Origin: Girardia tigrina
Taxonomy: Eukaryota
DNA length: 64,000 bases
Assembly: GCA_001938485.1 (NCBI GenBank)
Contig: MQRK01193035.1
Location: forward strand, 27,862-91,861
Direction: 5' to 3'
The notes beneath the pieces are model-generated. The model searched no databases. It was not told the DNA's origin and saw only the letters and a program-made list of their open reading frames with translations. A program made the translations under genes and the position numbers. This document shows positions 14,507 to 27,529 of the stretch, piece after piece (positions within the stretch are counted from its first letter, which is position 1; every line of letters begins with the position of its first letter).

Positions 14507-15303
14507 CACGTGTCAACCTAATTTAATTATTTGCAATAGTTCTGAATTTTACTATGGAATTTCTAGCAACCCATTCTACAAAATTTTGTGCAGGCAAATC
14601 AGGAGTTTCACTCGATAAAAACCACTCGACGATATCCATAACATGCATTTGTAATGTGTTTGAATTGGAATCGAATTTTGTACATTTTTAGAGCTCATCT
14701 GCAAACAAAATCAGGGACATTTCCAGTGCAGATGGTGGAGCTGCTGATGATGAGTTGCTTTGGTATTTTAAATCAGTGATTTTTGTCTTTTTATGCTGGT
14801 GCATTATTTGTTTTGCGCGACTCATTCAATTGTGGTATCGCAATCCTATAGGCCGAAGTACTCTCACTTCCCCACCCAACCATTCAAAACACTTAATATT
14901 ATTACATAAATAGTATTAGTACTATTATTAGTAGAAAATTAATAATAAAAATTGTCTTATTTGATACGTTAAGTTGTAGCGTTTTTAAGAAAACTCGTCG
15001 ATAGTTGAATTGGAATCGTAAGTTTAAATTAATCTAAAATTGTAAAAATTATTTTTTTTTCACAAATTAAAAATAATATTGATGTATCTTGAATTACAGA
15101 AACAATAAATTGTTTAGCATAAATAATGTTTTTCCAATTAGTTTTTATGGACATTTATCAGGGGTACACCGAAACGTTTTTGATGACTATTTCTTTGATA
15201 TTTATTTTACCAAAACAATATTCTGACAATCTAATTTTCCTTAATTGATAATCATTTTTTAACAAGTATGTTTCTCAAGGTTCATTCTTTTAAGCAGTAT
15301 TAT

Positions 15304-15833
15304 TGTGAGGAATATTTTAAATTTGGTATGTTGAAATTGGTTTGTTGAATTTTGTATGTTGAGTTTAGTATTTGGAAATGTGTTTCTCCCACCCAGATGG
15401 AAAATTGATATTTTGGATGTTCACGATAAATAATTATTCGAGTATAATTTGCATTTTAGAGTACAGCATAAGATATTTAAAAACATTAAAAAATTAAATC
15501 GTTTCTCATTTTAATATTAAAAATTTAAATGGAGTAAATAACTTTTAACTAATTTCTAAATTAATTAAATAAATGTTTTTCATTAAATAAAATCACTTTT
15601 AAAATGAAATTAATTTTTAAATAAAATTATTACCGAATTATAAAAGTAGAATTTTTAAAAATCAAATCTGAAAATCATTTAAAATGAAAAATTGCTCAAA
15701 TAATTGTTTATTAACAAAATTTATCAATTTAGAAAGATGTTAAATTCTGAAAGCTTGGCTAAAAGTTGTCCGGAAGGCAATTCAAATTGTAGTGAAAATA
15801 AATGTTCGAAAAACCATATTGGTGTTCTTAATA
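15304..15833 (+). mobile_element. Solo LTR, family A
   Basis: Perfect 5-bp TSD ATTAT at 15299-15303 and 15834-15838; highly similar to 8585-9114, with the same TG..TA ends. Confidence 0.85.
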
Positions 15834-16034
15834 ATTATGAAATGATTTATTAAAAAAGAAAGCATGTGGAAATGAAGCAAAATAATGACAATTCAAATTT
15901 AGATGTCAAAGTATTGGGAATTAAGGACAAAAGAATATAATCAAAAGAATATAAGATATGTTTTATGTTCCTCGATGTCATAGAAATCTCAATTTGAATC
16001 AATGTTACTTCATTAGTTATGGGATTATAATACA

Positions 16035-16455
16035 ATATATATTATAAAAGCCCAAGTCACTCACTGCTTCACTAACGCTGACGTAATCAAGCGAGATAAA
16101 AAAACCCGAGTGTGTCGGGTAGTATATATATCCGGCACACTATAAATAACCGATACACTGCACACACGACAAACACTTTTACGCGCACACAATATTTTAA
16201 AAACACCTACCTTTATTCTATTTGATTACATTTTGCACAATCACTATTTGCTATCATTTTATATACCAATTCGAATATTTTATTTAATTTTNNNNNNNNN
16301 NNNNNNNNNNNNNNNNNNNNNNNNNNNNNNNNNNNNNNNNNCCTTACAGCGTTAGTGAGGCAGTGAGGCAGGCAGTGAGTTACTTGGGCTTTTATAATAT
16401 AAAAAAAATTGAACCCCCGGCAAGAGAGGGCCGCGAAGCGGGCCGAGCGCGCTAG
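16035..16455 (+). mobile_element. Non-autonomous Helitron-like pieces
   Basis: The 5'-type sequence tatatattataaaagcccaagtcactcact occurs forward (about 16035) and inverted (about 16342-16400). A 3' GC hairpin ggccgcgaagcgggcc is followed by CTAG|T at 16452-16456. Confidence 0.65.
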
Positions 16456-16733
16456 TAATTTATAAAAGGCCAAATCAGAAAAATGAAAAGGTACCTGGTA
16501 TACTGAATCTGTCAATGAAAAAGCGTTATAATAACATTAATTCTTACACCATAAAAATATAAATAGAAAATAATACGTAAGATATTCTCAGAAATGTATT
16601 CCCAAAAATAATACTTGTGGACGAAAAAGTGAACGAAAAACTTAAAAAGAACCATAAGATTGAAAATTCTTTCTTAGTGGGTTATACATTGAGTTTACCT
16701 TATTCTGAAGGATTCAGACATCTAAAGAGTGAA

Positions 16734-16825
16734 TGTTAAGAGAACTCACACATTTTACAGAACATTTATTACACTCCCATTTTCATCATCTCTATGACGA
16801 TCAATAGTATTGCTTTCTGTGATAC
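16734..16825 (-). mobile_element. 3' end fragment of a family A-related LTR
   Basis: Reverse complement matches 28360-28449 (aataaatgttctgt..tgtgtgagttctcttaaca). Confidence 0.7.
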
Positions 16826-17133
16826 CCCTTTTCTGTAGGTAGACAGTGTTTAGTATTTTGTATGTATGCATTTCTAGACTTTCCTTTCTTTTGAAGATTT
16901 GTGTTTTGCGGGGGTCATGTGGATTTTCTTTCACACGTTTCGCTATCTTTGTTATGGTGCAGCATTTGCATTCTTTTATTATGTATTATTTATGAGCGTT
17001 ATTTTACTTACTGTATGTGACTTATGTCTGCTGAATGTTTTATATGAATCCTTGTATAATTGTCATGCTGCATTCAAAATTCAATTACTTGAAAACAATT
17101 TTTGCCGTTTTACAAATTACTGTCATTTCGAAA

Positions 17134-17550
17134 ATGTCACAGAGTCAATCGGATATAGAAAACACATCGATTGATAACGAAAAAGAAGAGATTTATTTGT
17201 CATTGTGTATTCAAAACAAAACCACTGGCGGTTCTTTCTATGATGCAAAAACAAAATATTATTTATGTTATTCCTGATTTTGAATCCAACGACAAATACG
17301 ACACGTTAATCGATTTNNNNNNNNNNNNNNNNNNNNNNNNNNNNNNNNNNNNNNNNNNNNNNNNNNNNNNNNNNNNNNNNNNNNNNNNNNNNNNNNNNNN
17401 NNNNNNNNNNNNNNNNNNNNNNNAAATAAAACATTAATAATTATAATTTAATTATCGCTATTAGCGATAATTAAATTCAAAAAAAAATCAATAAAAAAAT
17501 CATAATTATTATTTCCTACCTACAAGAAATCAGAAGTTTTTTGTCCAGCG
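17134..17550 (+). pseudogene. MSH5: Probable MutS homolog 5 N-terminal fragment (frameshifted, truncated)
   Basis: MSQSQS..EEIYLSLCIQNKTTGGSFYDAKT, then after a 1-nt shift IIYVIPDFESNDKYDTLID. This resembles the MSH5 N-terminus (EIHLCV..LGIAYYD..IHFMPD). An N gap follows and no MutS core is visible downstream. Confidence 0.5.
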
Positions 17551-17979
17551 TATTTTTGTTTGCTCTCAAATTATACGACTGAATTATATGATACTGTGAA
17601 TTTATATGATTGCTGATTACTGACGATATATATATTTGACGACTCTTATTACTGACTGATAAATTTGACAATAACAACATCGTTTGACCTATTCAATATA
17701 AAGAAAAGATAGAAACCGAAGCTGATCAAATATTTACCGGTCTATTTTCTATTTATTTTATTGGAGACTGTGTTGAAAGTTAAAGGTATTATTACTAGTG
17801 TAGTATTGTTGTGTTTAAATAATTATTTTTGTTAATTACTTATTTTTTTTTTATTCCTCGTATAATCGTAAGGGCAATTTTAGGCTATTGATATTGGACT
17901 AAAGTTGCCTTTACACTTTCACTTAAATACATCACTCAATGTTTCCTACTTCTCATTCCAATCTGAACTAACTTGAAGA

Positions 17980-18263
17980 AAATTATTTTATTTTAAATAT
18001 TTAATTTAAATTTTATTGTATAAAATAAATGTACTTTTTATAATCATTTTTAAACATTAATTTGATTTTAATTATTTAAAAATTTACAAAAATAAAAATT
18101 AAATATTTGAGTTCAAAATCTAAATATAAATAAATTAGTTTCAGATTATAAGAATTAAAATATTGACAATCCATCTGGTTAGGAGAGGCACAATCCCAAA
18201 TCAACATACAACATTTAAACATGCAAACACTACAAAAACATCAACACTCAAATATTCCTCAAA
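17980..18263 (-). mobile_element. Family A LTR 5' part (inverted)
   Basis: Reverse complement gaggaatatttg...ttgtgcctctcctaaccagatggattgtcaatatt matches the 27986 LTR. Confidence 0.65.
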
Positions 18264-18279
18264 ATACTTAAAGCAACAA

Positions 18280-18620
18280 ATAATATTTATAATGGGTACA
18301 ATGCCACATATATTAGATAGACTGTCCGACAATGAGTCTAGAGTGCGCTTATTTTCAAATGTTGCTTAACATAAGAAAACTTGTAATTTTAATTTCGATT
18401 TAAATAATTTCAAAATTTTGTGAAAGCATTTTTAAATTTATTGAAAGAGTCTCGTGTGAAGCATTTTAACAGAGAAAGACGGTAATTTCTACTAATCTGT
18501 AAAGAGCTTTCAAATATTCATACATTTCTCATAAATTAGCGATAAAAAGCTCATAATCAGTGATCTGATGATGACAATAAGACCATGAAAATATATTATC
18601 ATAAATAAATTTTAAAACGG
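18280..18620 (+). mobile_element. Penelope-like 3' fragment (GIY-YIG remnant plus decayed hammerhead)
   Basis: Homologous to 41560-41950 (aatgccacatatatt, NATYI-like). It ends gtgatCTGATGAtgac..GAAAatatattatcat with stem II disrupted. Confidence 0.7.
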
Positions 18621-19319
18621 TGTTCATGTTGATATATTAAAATAAATATTAAAATAAATAATTGAAATTTATTAAAGTATGTTATTAATTTTTTATATCT
18701 ATAAATTTATTACATTTAAAAAAATACAAGTTTCTTTTAAGAAATCAAAGAAATTTAATTAAAAAAAACATGATATTGTATAATAAAGTTCTTAAGATTT
18801 TTAAATTAAATATAATTATAATTATTAAGATAAGTAAAAAAGATAATTATGACAAAGATTTTACTTCATACATACACGAGAAAATGTGTTCACCACGATG
18901 TAAGGTAATCTATTTCTTTTTTTGTCTATGCTTAACTCAAACAGCAAATTATAATATCGGGAAGTCAAATTGTCACATGATAAACGGAAGTAATACCAGA
19001 TAAATAATACCTAGATAATATCTAGACTAATTCTTTTTTTGTTTGTTCTTGATAATGCGCGTAGATTACTGAATAACCAGGAAATCAAATAAGTACATGA
19101 AAAAAGATAAGAATATCAGCCAATATCAAAATCATGTACATAGTCTCAAAATGTAAATTTTTAGTTAACAATATTTAATTTCTCATTGTTTAAATTTAAA
19201 ACAATGATTTAAAACCATAAAGACGTAATGTCATTACGATGATAAATTAATTTAATAATATAAAAATAAAAATATAATTTTACAAGTATAAATATTAAAA
19301 TAATATATATAAAATAATA

Positions 19320-19625
19320 TATAAGTATAAAACTAATAAATCAAAAATTAAATTTTTTATATCCATTCTATATGTAGACAGAACTCTACTTTACTAACAA
19401 AGTTTTTAAAATTTAAAAAATTTTAATTAAAAAAACATTAAAAATTTATATAAACTACTTATCATTTATAAATAGATGTCTTGCAATTAATATTGTTCAG
19501 GAACTCCAAATTTTGCGTTTTTTTCCCATTTTGGAATCTGAAAAAGATTTTTTCGATCAAATTTTCACATAATCATTTAATATCATCGAGAATGAGTAAG
19601 TGTGCAAAGTTTGAAGAAAATAATG
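19320..19625 (+). repeat. Dispersed MITE-like repeat
   Basis: Inverted homolog at about 27530-27860 and a partial direct homolog at about 21575-21755 (shared catcgagaatgagtaagtgtgcaaagtttg). Confidence 0.65.
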
Positions 19626-20234
19626 GAATAATATATTTGTAGTAGTCTTATATAGTTTGGGATATTCATAATTAGAATTACAATTAAAAATTATGTTGCG
19701 GCTTGCATACTGCCATTTGGGCATTTGTATTTTTTATCTCGAATAAAACAATTCTCCCACTTCTAGTTGTTATGGAAAGGTTATCTAATGTTATAATGTG
19801 ATTATGTGTTTTGCAATCATATTGAATAGTGCAACTAGTAAGCTATGACTAACTAAACTAGGTAAAATTAAGTACCCCGAGGGAAATATAACTTAATTAA
19901 AATATTAAATCATATAAATAAGCTGAAGTTGAGGTAGAGAAAATTCTTTGATGAATCAACTAAAATCAAAATTAATCAAAGAATTGTCTCTCTTACTTTA
20001 TGGTGCTTTGTAAGATCAACAAGAATGAATACTTGTGTTAGTTAAAAAATATATTTTAAATGAAACACAACCGATTAAAAAACGCTATCGTATCAACGCT
20101 GAAATCAGTGAAATTTTAATATCAGACAATTAATAATACTTATTAGGATTTTCCTATATTTAAATAATAAACAATAATAAAAAATAAATACAATATAAAT
20201 AAATATAACTTGTAAATACCATATAAATAAAAAT

Positions 20235-20578
20235 AGATGCGGAGATATGAGATCTGTACAATATTTTAATCAAAATATTTTAAATTTATTTGAAAGTGAT
20301 TTAAACATTTTTAACAGTTGATTTTAACGTAAAGATTTATTTCATCATAAATAATATTTTTAAAATGAATTAAATATTTTTGAAAACAATTTTTGAATAT
20401 TTTAGTAAGAAATTAGAAATTTAAATTTTTTCAACTAATTAGAGGTTTAGAAGTAGAATTAAAAATTTATCAATCAAGAGCGTCGTCAAAATACGAAAGT
20501 TTTGTCGCGAATCGTCCTGGAGGCAATTTAAGTTGTGATGTCAATAAAAGTATTGGAAATCACATTAGTGTTCTTAAA
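20235..20578 (+). mobile_element. Family A LTR 3' part
   Basis: Ends aataaaagtattggaaatcacattagtgttctta, matching the 3' end of 8585-9114. Confidence 0.55.
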
Positions 20579-21026
20579 AATGTCTTTTAATTTTGTACTT
20601 ATTTTTATAAATTTTCTTATTTCTAACATTATTTTTAAATAATAATTAGCTTGTCGATTTGTTTAGAAACAACAATTTCATAAAATGTCCATTTGAATTA
20701 TTTGCTTTAAATTTCTTTAAACGGATAAACAGATCAGATATCAAGTCAGAAAGTGTCTAGAAGGAGTAGCAAGACAATTATTATACCCACTCTTCTATAT
20801 AATATGAAAAACAAATTATTAAAAGCATTCTTTTGTAATGTTACTTTTAGACAGTAATTAGATTTTGCAAATTAATAACACTTTGGCCTTAGGACCTCTA
20901 TTCGGATAACTTTTAATCGAAAGAAAACCTTCTATAATTTAGTTTTTACATTAATTTTATTCTATAATAAATAATATTTAATGAAAGTAAGACCATTAAT
21001 AATTAAAATATTTCATCATATCACAC

Positions 21027-21300
21027 TGTGAGGAATATTTTGAATGTTTGATATTTTGTGTTTGTTTTTTGCATGTTGATTTATAATTGTGTTTCTCCTA
21101 CACAGATGGATGATTAATATTTGAATTCTTATTATCTGAAAATATGTAATGTTTAAATTTATTTTTAATTTCAAATAATTTTACAATTTTAAATAAGTTA
21201 ATTAGTTATTATTTAATATCCTAATATCCTAATAATTCATCAAATTTAAATGAAATTATATTTTTTTACTTTAAATATTTACTTAATTTACTTATACGTC
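21027..21300 (+). mobile_element. Family A LTR 5' part
   Basis: Starts tgtgaggaatattt...gtgtttctcctacacagatggatg. Confidence 0.65.
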
Positions 21301-21574
21301 ATCTAATTATTTTTCTACATTTAATTTATTTAACCTTTTTATTTTTTTCATTAATTTTATTTTAATTACCTTAAATTATTTAATTATTTATATCCTTTAC
21401 AAAGAAAACATATAAAACTAAACACCATAATGGTGACCGCATACATAAAGTACAACACATAAATAAACTAGTAAGTCAAAGATTTTTAATATATATTCTT
21501 TAAACTCTACTGGGCCAGGAGAATTTTTGTTATCTTTTGTAGAAGGGAAAATTATTATTACATTTACTTTTTAT

Positions 21575-21755
21575 CTTTTGTTCAGGAACTTTGATTTGAC
21601 CGTTTTTTCCCATTCTTTGACCTTAGAAAGTTTTTTTAGCTCAAATTTTCATATTATCATTTATTGTCATCGAAAATGAGTAAGTATGCAAAGTTTGGAG
21701 AAAATTGATTGAGTAAAAAGCCTTCAAAAATAGTATCCGATGCATTGGACCTACG
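21575..21755 (+). repeat. MITE-like repeat copy
   Basis: Homologous to 19495-19625. Confidence 0.6.
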
Positions 21756-21789
21756 TAAACAGCTGCTAGTAAAAATATATTTTCTAAGG

Positions 21790-22120
21790 AAATTTCCCTT
21801 TTCTTCATAGAATTAATTCAACCATCATCATTTCGTCCTCCAATTTTCGAAAATTTATGTATTAAATTTTTCTATTTTTTAAGGAATTTTCCGGCACTTA
21901 AATTCTCAGCTTGTAACATTTTAGTCATATGGTATGGATGACGCAGCAAAATTTCTATCTTCGAAATTTCTGATCATTGGTCTTCTGTTAATGTAAGTTT
22001 TTGATAAGCCATATCAACGAAGTAGGTCCTTACTTCGAGTTATCGATATGTCATTGCATTTGAACTACCCCATCGTGTTGCTTGATCAATAATTTGTTCG
22101 GATTCGCAGAAAGTAAGCTA
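21790..22120 (-). mobile_element. hAT transposase fragment
   Basis: IIDQATRWGSS (hAT TRWxS motif) followed by ..LTEDQ*SEISKIEILLRHPYHMTKMLQAENLSAG. Confidence 0.7.
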
Positions 22121-22864
22121 ATAAAAAGAATGGAAAATTATTTCACATCAATTAAGTACATTATGTTCTCCGTGAAATACCAATTATAATTTCATTACCT
22201 ATCATGACTAATGTGTAACAGGAAAGATTATTATTTTTCTCATATTTGTCTTTGTAGTCCGATCTGAGTACTTAGGGAATACCCTACGTAATTATTTTAA
22301 AATTTTAAGTTATAAAGTGTTTTTAAATTGACATTTAATTTTTATTGGACAATAAAAATTCCAAGATTTAAATATAAATTTGAGTAAGAGAACTCCTGGT
22401 CTAAAACAACTTTTTCTAGTAAATCATTTGACTTGTTCTTTAAGGATCTTGCCACCCATACTACGTAGTCTCATTTTTTCTTGGGTTTCTTCTTTCCTGG
22501 TTGATTTGTTTTGGTCTTATTCTTCGGTTATTTGTTCTAATGATTCAATATTTACAAAATTATAAATTGAATTATGTAAATGTTTTTTTTAATATTCACT
22601 TTTGAAATTGAATAACTTTAGGCACTAAGTTTATAATCTTATAGAAATTTAAAACTATAAATAACATTTTGTTATTTTTTCTCAAAATGATACAAGCTTT
22701 ACAAAAGACATGAACGGAAGTTAAATAATTGCTAAATTTTTATCAGAAAATATCGTAAGGTTTATAGTATTATACACGTTTTATTTATTTATTGTTTATT
22801 TTCTTCATAATTTGCAACACAATATTTACTTATTAATATTAAAATAATTACATTATTTTATGCA

Positions 22865-23305
22865 TATGAGGAGTTAGTTCAAATTTTCGTTTCGCCAAAT
22901 AATTTATAAAAATTTTAATTTAAAAACATTAAATCGATGTTTATTAAAACAATAAATTGGGTAACATTTAGAATGTAGAACGAAATTATTTTGAAAGAAA
23001 TTAAAGTTAAGTTGAAGATTTTTGTACGAAATTATTTTAAAATTAAAAAGTTTATTATAAATATAATTTACAATTTAAAACTTAGTTAAAAGCTATTTAA
23101 TTTATTTAAATTTTTAATATTAAAATTTAATATTTTTAATGTTTTTACATATCTTATGCTGTACTTTAAAATATAAATTATACTCGAATAATTATTTATC
23201 GTGAACATCTAAAATATCAATTTTCCATTTGGGTGGAAGAAACACATTTCCAAATACTAAACTCAACATACAAAAATTGAACATACCAAATTTGAAACTG
23301 CAACA
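22865..23305. mobile_element. Composite of a family B LTR start and an inverted family A LTR part
   Basis: Starts tatgaggagttag (family B); about 23060-23300 is the reverse complement of family A. Confidence 0.55.
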
Positions 23306-23548
23306 ACGAACTTTTGCGTTTTGAAATGTTTTTAATACTCAATGGTTTTGAAATATTTGTATTCAATTAGAATATTATATTAGAAAAAAAGTAAAAAAAA
23401 CCACACCATTAAACATATGTAACATATAGTGAACAGTATCAGCCTTTGCTGTATGCAAAACTATCCGCAGTAGGCCTATAAAGCATAGAATAAGAGTCCA
23501 CAAGTGTCTTAAATTCTAATACTTATCTAAACATAATCATTAAATCAT

Positions 23549-24307
23549 TATGAGGGGTTAGTTTTAAGTTTCGCCAAAATAGTTTATTATTTTTTTTAAT
23601 TTGAAAATTTAAAAGAAATAAATTAACAATTACAATGTAAGTAAAAATATGATAATAAATACTTATTTAAAATATGTTTACAGTAATAACAATTAACGTA
23701 TTTTAATAAAAGTTATAGAATAAGATAAATAAATTTTAATTAACGGATTAATATTTTCAGAAATAATTTTTTAATAAAATGGTTATTGTAAATTTAAAAA
23801 TTTTAAATTTAAAAATTGTAAAGTTTTATGATTAAGTCTCGTAAGAATGAAAAATTTGGTTACATTAAAAATTTGTAAATTTTTTGTAAAAAAATGTAAA
23901 TTATTTAAGGGTAAAATTTTTGTAAAAATATAAGATTATATATTGTAAAATTCTTTGTAAAAAATATAAGATTAATTAAGATTTAATATTGTAAAATTCT
24001 TTGTAAAAAAATATAAGAATAATTAAGATTTAATATTGTAAAATTCTTTGTAAAAAAATATAAGATTAATTAAGATTTAATATTGTAAAATTTTTGTAAA
24101 AAAATGTAAGATTATTTTAGATTTAAACTTTTGTATATTTTCAAAATTTAATCGAAAAAAATTAATGAACTAATTTTGGGCGAAATAATTAAATTTACAA
24201 GAAATTTGTTTAAGTATATGAATTGTAAATATTAATAAATTTTTGGTGGTGTTAAACTATGGCTTTAGAATGTGATAATAATGAAAGTGGCATAAACGCT
24301 ACTTACA
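23549..24307 (+). mobile_element. Family B-related LTR with an internal ~46-bp tandem repeat
   Basis: Starts tatgaggggttag; the unit taagatttaatattgtaaaattctttgtaaaaaatataagattaat repeats about 4-5 times at 23900-24130. No TSD found. Confidence 0.55.
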
Positions 24308-24419
24308 CTTTAGAAACCAACCTTCTTGTGATAATATAAAAGCCTTATGTATGTTTTGTAGTAGGACAAAAAATGACGTCCAGTGTTTTTTAACATAATC
24401 CATTTCACTTTCTTACATA

Positions 24420-24515
24420 GCTACTGGAGGGCTGAAACATGCCTTAGCCCTTATTGTAAAAATCTGGGGTAGGGCTTCAGCCAACCCCCACCCCCTCTCG
24501 GTTCCGGTGCCTATG
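24420..24515. mobile_element. hAT-type GC-rich terminus
   Basis: Ends ..cccccacccccctctcggttccggtgcctatg; the reverse complement CATAGGCACCGGAACC.. is typical of hAT/MITE ends. Confidence 0.4.
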
Positions 24516-24529
24516 TATCAGGGAATTTT

Positions 24530-25081
24530 TACTAGTGTTATCAAAATTATCCATAATTTAGCTTGCAAAACTTTTGGCATTGTGGTTATGCTTGCAAGTT
24601 TTTTTTCAACTACACCCCTGGTGAAGAAGTTTAAAGAGTTTAGATTGGGGAAGATAGGAAGAAAATGTTAGAAGTCACATTTTCATGAATCTTTGTACTC
24701 ACTATTGGATCATATAGGTTATCAGAGGAAATATAGTCTTCGACTCATACGACCTCTCTTAATCCAGGGGTGGCTTTGACTCTTAAATCTTCATAGAAAA
24801 ATTAAGGAGGCTTAACATGACCTTCCTCTTTCATGATCTTCAAAACCATCAGAGATGATAGGAACTGTGTGTGCATAACAATAGAAGCCTGATTGGTCCT
24901 AGAGAAAAATCACGTTTCATTCCTCTTGGTAATTTTTTTATCTAGATTAAATTTCTTCGCATCTCTTAAACATTATGGTAACATTTCAGAAAGTTGTATT
25001 TTCCGCATCTTTTTGATTCACAGCCAAGGCAACGAGAATGGAACGCCTTATCATATCATGTGTGATATTTATAGCTTTCAT
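24530..25081 (-). mobile_element. Degenerate maT/DD37D-like transposase
   Basis: MKAINITHDMIRRSILVALA.. N-terminus; SLMVLKIMKEEGHVKPP*FF..LRVKA resembles MVLGVVSxEGHVMPPHFF..LRVNA; a decayed WPPxSPDLNP region lies near 24640. Confidence 0.6.
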
Positions 25082-25784
25082 GTTTGAAATCTAGAAAGAA
25101 AATAAATGGTCACATTTTGGGTCACTAAATACTAAAACATCATCTAAGTTACACTTTTGTCCACTTATGGTCTCTAAATATTGCGTTCTAAAAATTTCGA
25201 AATTTTCTTAATCAAAAACCATTTTCCCACTTACATATAGCACGTTTGAACAGTCAATAAGTACCCCTTATTTTATTGATTTGCCAAGTTTCAAGAGTCA
25301 AAGATGCCAAAATTATTTTTCAATCAAGAAACACTTCATAAAAAACTGATTAAACAAACAATAAAAGTTTATGAGTTTCAAAGAAAGAGACAAAATATAC
25401 AAAAATGTATTTGTATTTTATGGTTTGTCTTTTACTTGATTTGATAAAAGTTTCATTCCATGCATTTATTAAAATGAACGCTAAAATATATATGAATTCA
25501 TCTAAATTAAATTGTTTTTACCTGAAAAATTATTTAGTTTATTGATACAATCTAATTTAGCATTTTCCAAAAGCAGTGGTTGATTCTCATGCTCGACTCT
25601 GTATTCCGGCTTCCGTATGGACTTCGCCTGTTTTCAACAAATTTAGGTAATTAATTAAAAATAATTTTAACTAATAAAATATGTACCATTTAGAAACAAA
25701 TTTTAAAATAATCGTATAATGTTTTACTAAAAGACATTAAAACATATATAACCAGAGGAACAATTTTATGAAACATTATTTAAA

Positions 25785-25955
25785 CCTCCCTCGACTGGAC
25801 GGATAACTGAGTATCGTAGAGACTACAATACCAGCATCGGTGTAAAGTGTAGTGAGCCATAGACTCTGTATCGGGTAGAAACCATAAATAGACAATACAG
25901 AGCCTACTGACTTTCTTGCACGGTAGCAGTGCACGGGTACGCTTCGGTTTCCTAG
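25785..25955 (-). pseudogene. Fragment homologous to the 3' end of the zinc-finger pseudogene at 33440-34500
   Basis: Nucleotide match (catagact(c/t)tgtatcgggtagaaac) and the shared peptide FLPDT(E/K)SM(A/I)HY. Confidence 0.55.
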
Positions 25956-26078
25956 TCAGAAAATATCATTATAATGATCATATAACCTTAAGTAACCTTA
26001 CCAAAAATAAGTCAAAAGATTTGTTTTAATCAATCAAAATATTTGCTTAATTACTTGTTTACGACTCATAATTCTGCT

Positions 26079-26511
26079 TTAAATTCCATACTGAGCTGCA
26101 ATTTCTCTTGTTGACAGACTTGTATTGCAGTGTAAGGCTATAATAGCACCTCGAATCTCTTGGTCAACTTGTTTTCCAGGTATAGTAAAAAAATTCGTGA
26201 TTTGATTGGTTGATGAGGGAAGAAAGAAGGATAATGCATCATATGCAATACAAGGGACGCAGCTTATTACATATAAAAGCATATTCACATGTGTATACAT
26301 GGCCATGCATACATATTATTATGTAAGCATTATGTATGCTCATATAATATCCTTAAATAGTCTAAGTCTATTAATTCTTTACTTAAAATAGATAAAATAT
26401 ACGTTTATAACGTTGTATTAGAAAAATTGGGTTGAAAAACTGTTTTTGGGAATATATTTTCACTAAAAATCGCAAAAAAGTGCACTGTCAAAAGACTTTT
26501 TTCCAGCACTG
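26079..26511 (-). mobile_element. Tc1-like 5' end (TIR plus HTH fragment)
   Basis: TA|CAGTGCTGGAAAAAAGTCTTTTGACAGTGCAC terminus; PGKQVDQEIRGAIIALH..LSTREIAAQYGI HTH. Confidence 0.75.
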
Positions 26512-26879
26512 TAATAACGTATTGCTAATCATTTGAAAATTTATTATTTTTTGTTGGCAATTGGAAATTCTACTCTTGGATACAAAATATTTTTTTTCCC
26601 AAAAGGATAATCTTAAACCAATAAGAATTCCAATCTTTTAGCAGAAATGTTTTGTAATAAAATTTCAAAATAGCTAAATTAATCTCGGCAGGTAATCCAT
26701 TCTTTAGCAAAAAAGAATTTAATAAACGGAGTGTTATTGATACTTACTGGGTCTCAGAAGCATAAAGAATTTTATCGCAAAAGGCAGAAATAACTATTTT
26801 AAAACAAAAATCAATTTTTTCCACGTCATAAACCCTTTTTTACAATGTTCAATAAAACGTTTAAGTTGAGTTTTACATT

Positions 26880-27195
26880 TGTGAGAAGTGGTTGCAACGT
26901 CTATATCAGAATTCATTTTTTTAAACACCAAAATTTATTACTATAACAATTCACATTTCTAAAACAAATTTTCCTGTTAATTTAATTTAATTATCTNNNN
27001 NNNNNNNNNNNNNNNNNNNNNNNNNNNNNNNNNNNNNNNNNNNNNNNNNNNNNNNNNNNNNNNNNNNNNNNNNNNNNAATTTTTAATTTTTTAAAATATT
27101 TAATAAGCAAATTAACATAAAAATATTTTACCCTTTAAATTAAAAAAATAATAAACTATTCAGGCGAGATAAAAATTTTAAATTAACCCCTCATA
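26880..27195 (-). mobile_element. Solo LTR, family B (inverted)
   Basis: Near-identical to 7958-8310; the flanks acatt/acatc look like a degenerate 5-bp TSD. Confidence 0.75.
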
Positions 27196-27529
27196 ACATC
27201 TCATAACATCTCATGAATTTTGCACCAGTCACTGCGAAAACATAAAATTCTTTTCTCTTAGGGTCCTTTTCCTATCTTTTAAGATCCGCATGTCTCATTA
27301 GTTTAGTTAAGAGCTTTATGAAGGCTGATAAATCATCTTCACGTTACGACGTGATAAGAATTGTCTCTTACTGTCGCCTGTATGTGAATGGAGGATATCA
27401 TGGGACCACTATCGTTGACATAATTAAGTGGGCTCTTCAGACTTTTTTTCCATTCTTTTTATTAGCTTACCTTCTATATATGTTTATGGGTATACATGTA
27501 TATAGTTATATATCTATCCATGGAATTTA

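Noticed and set aside
23900-24130. CRISPR-like array
   Set aside because: Contiguous AT-rich tandem units with no unique spacers, in a eukaryotic LTR context.
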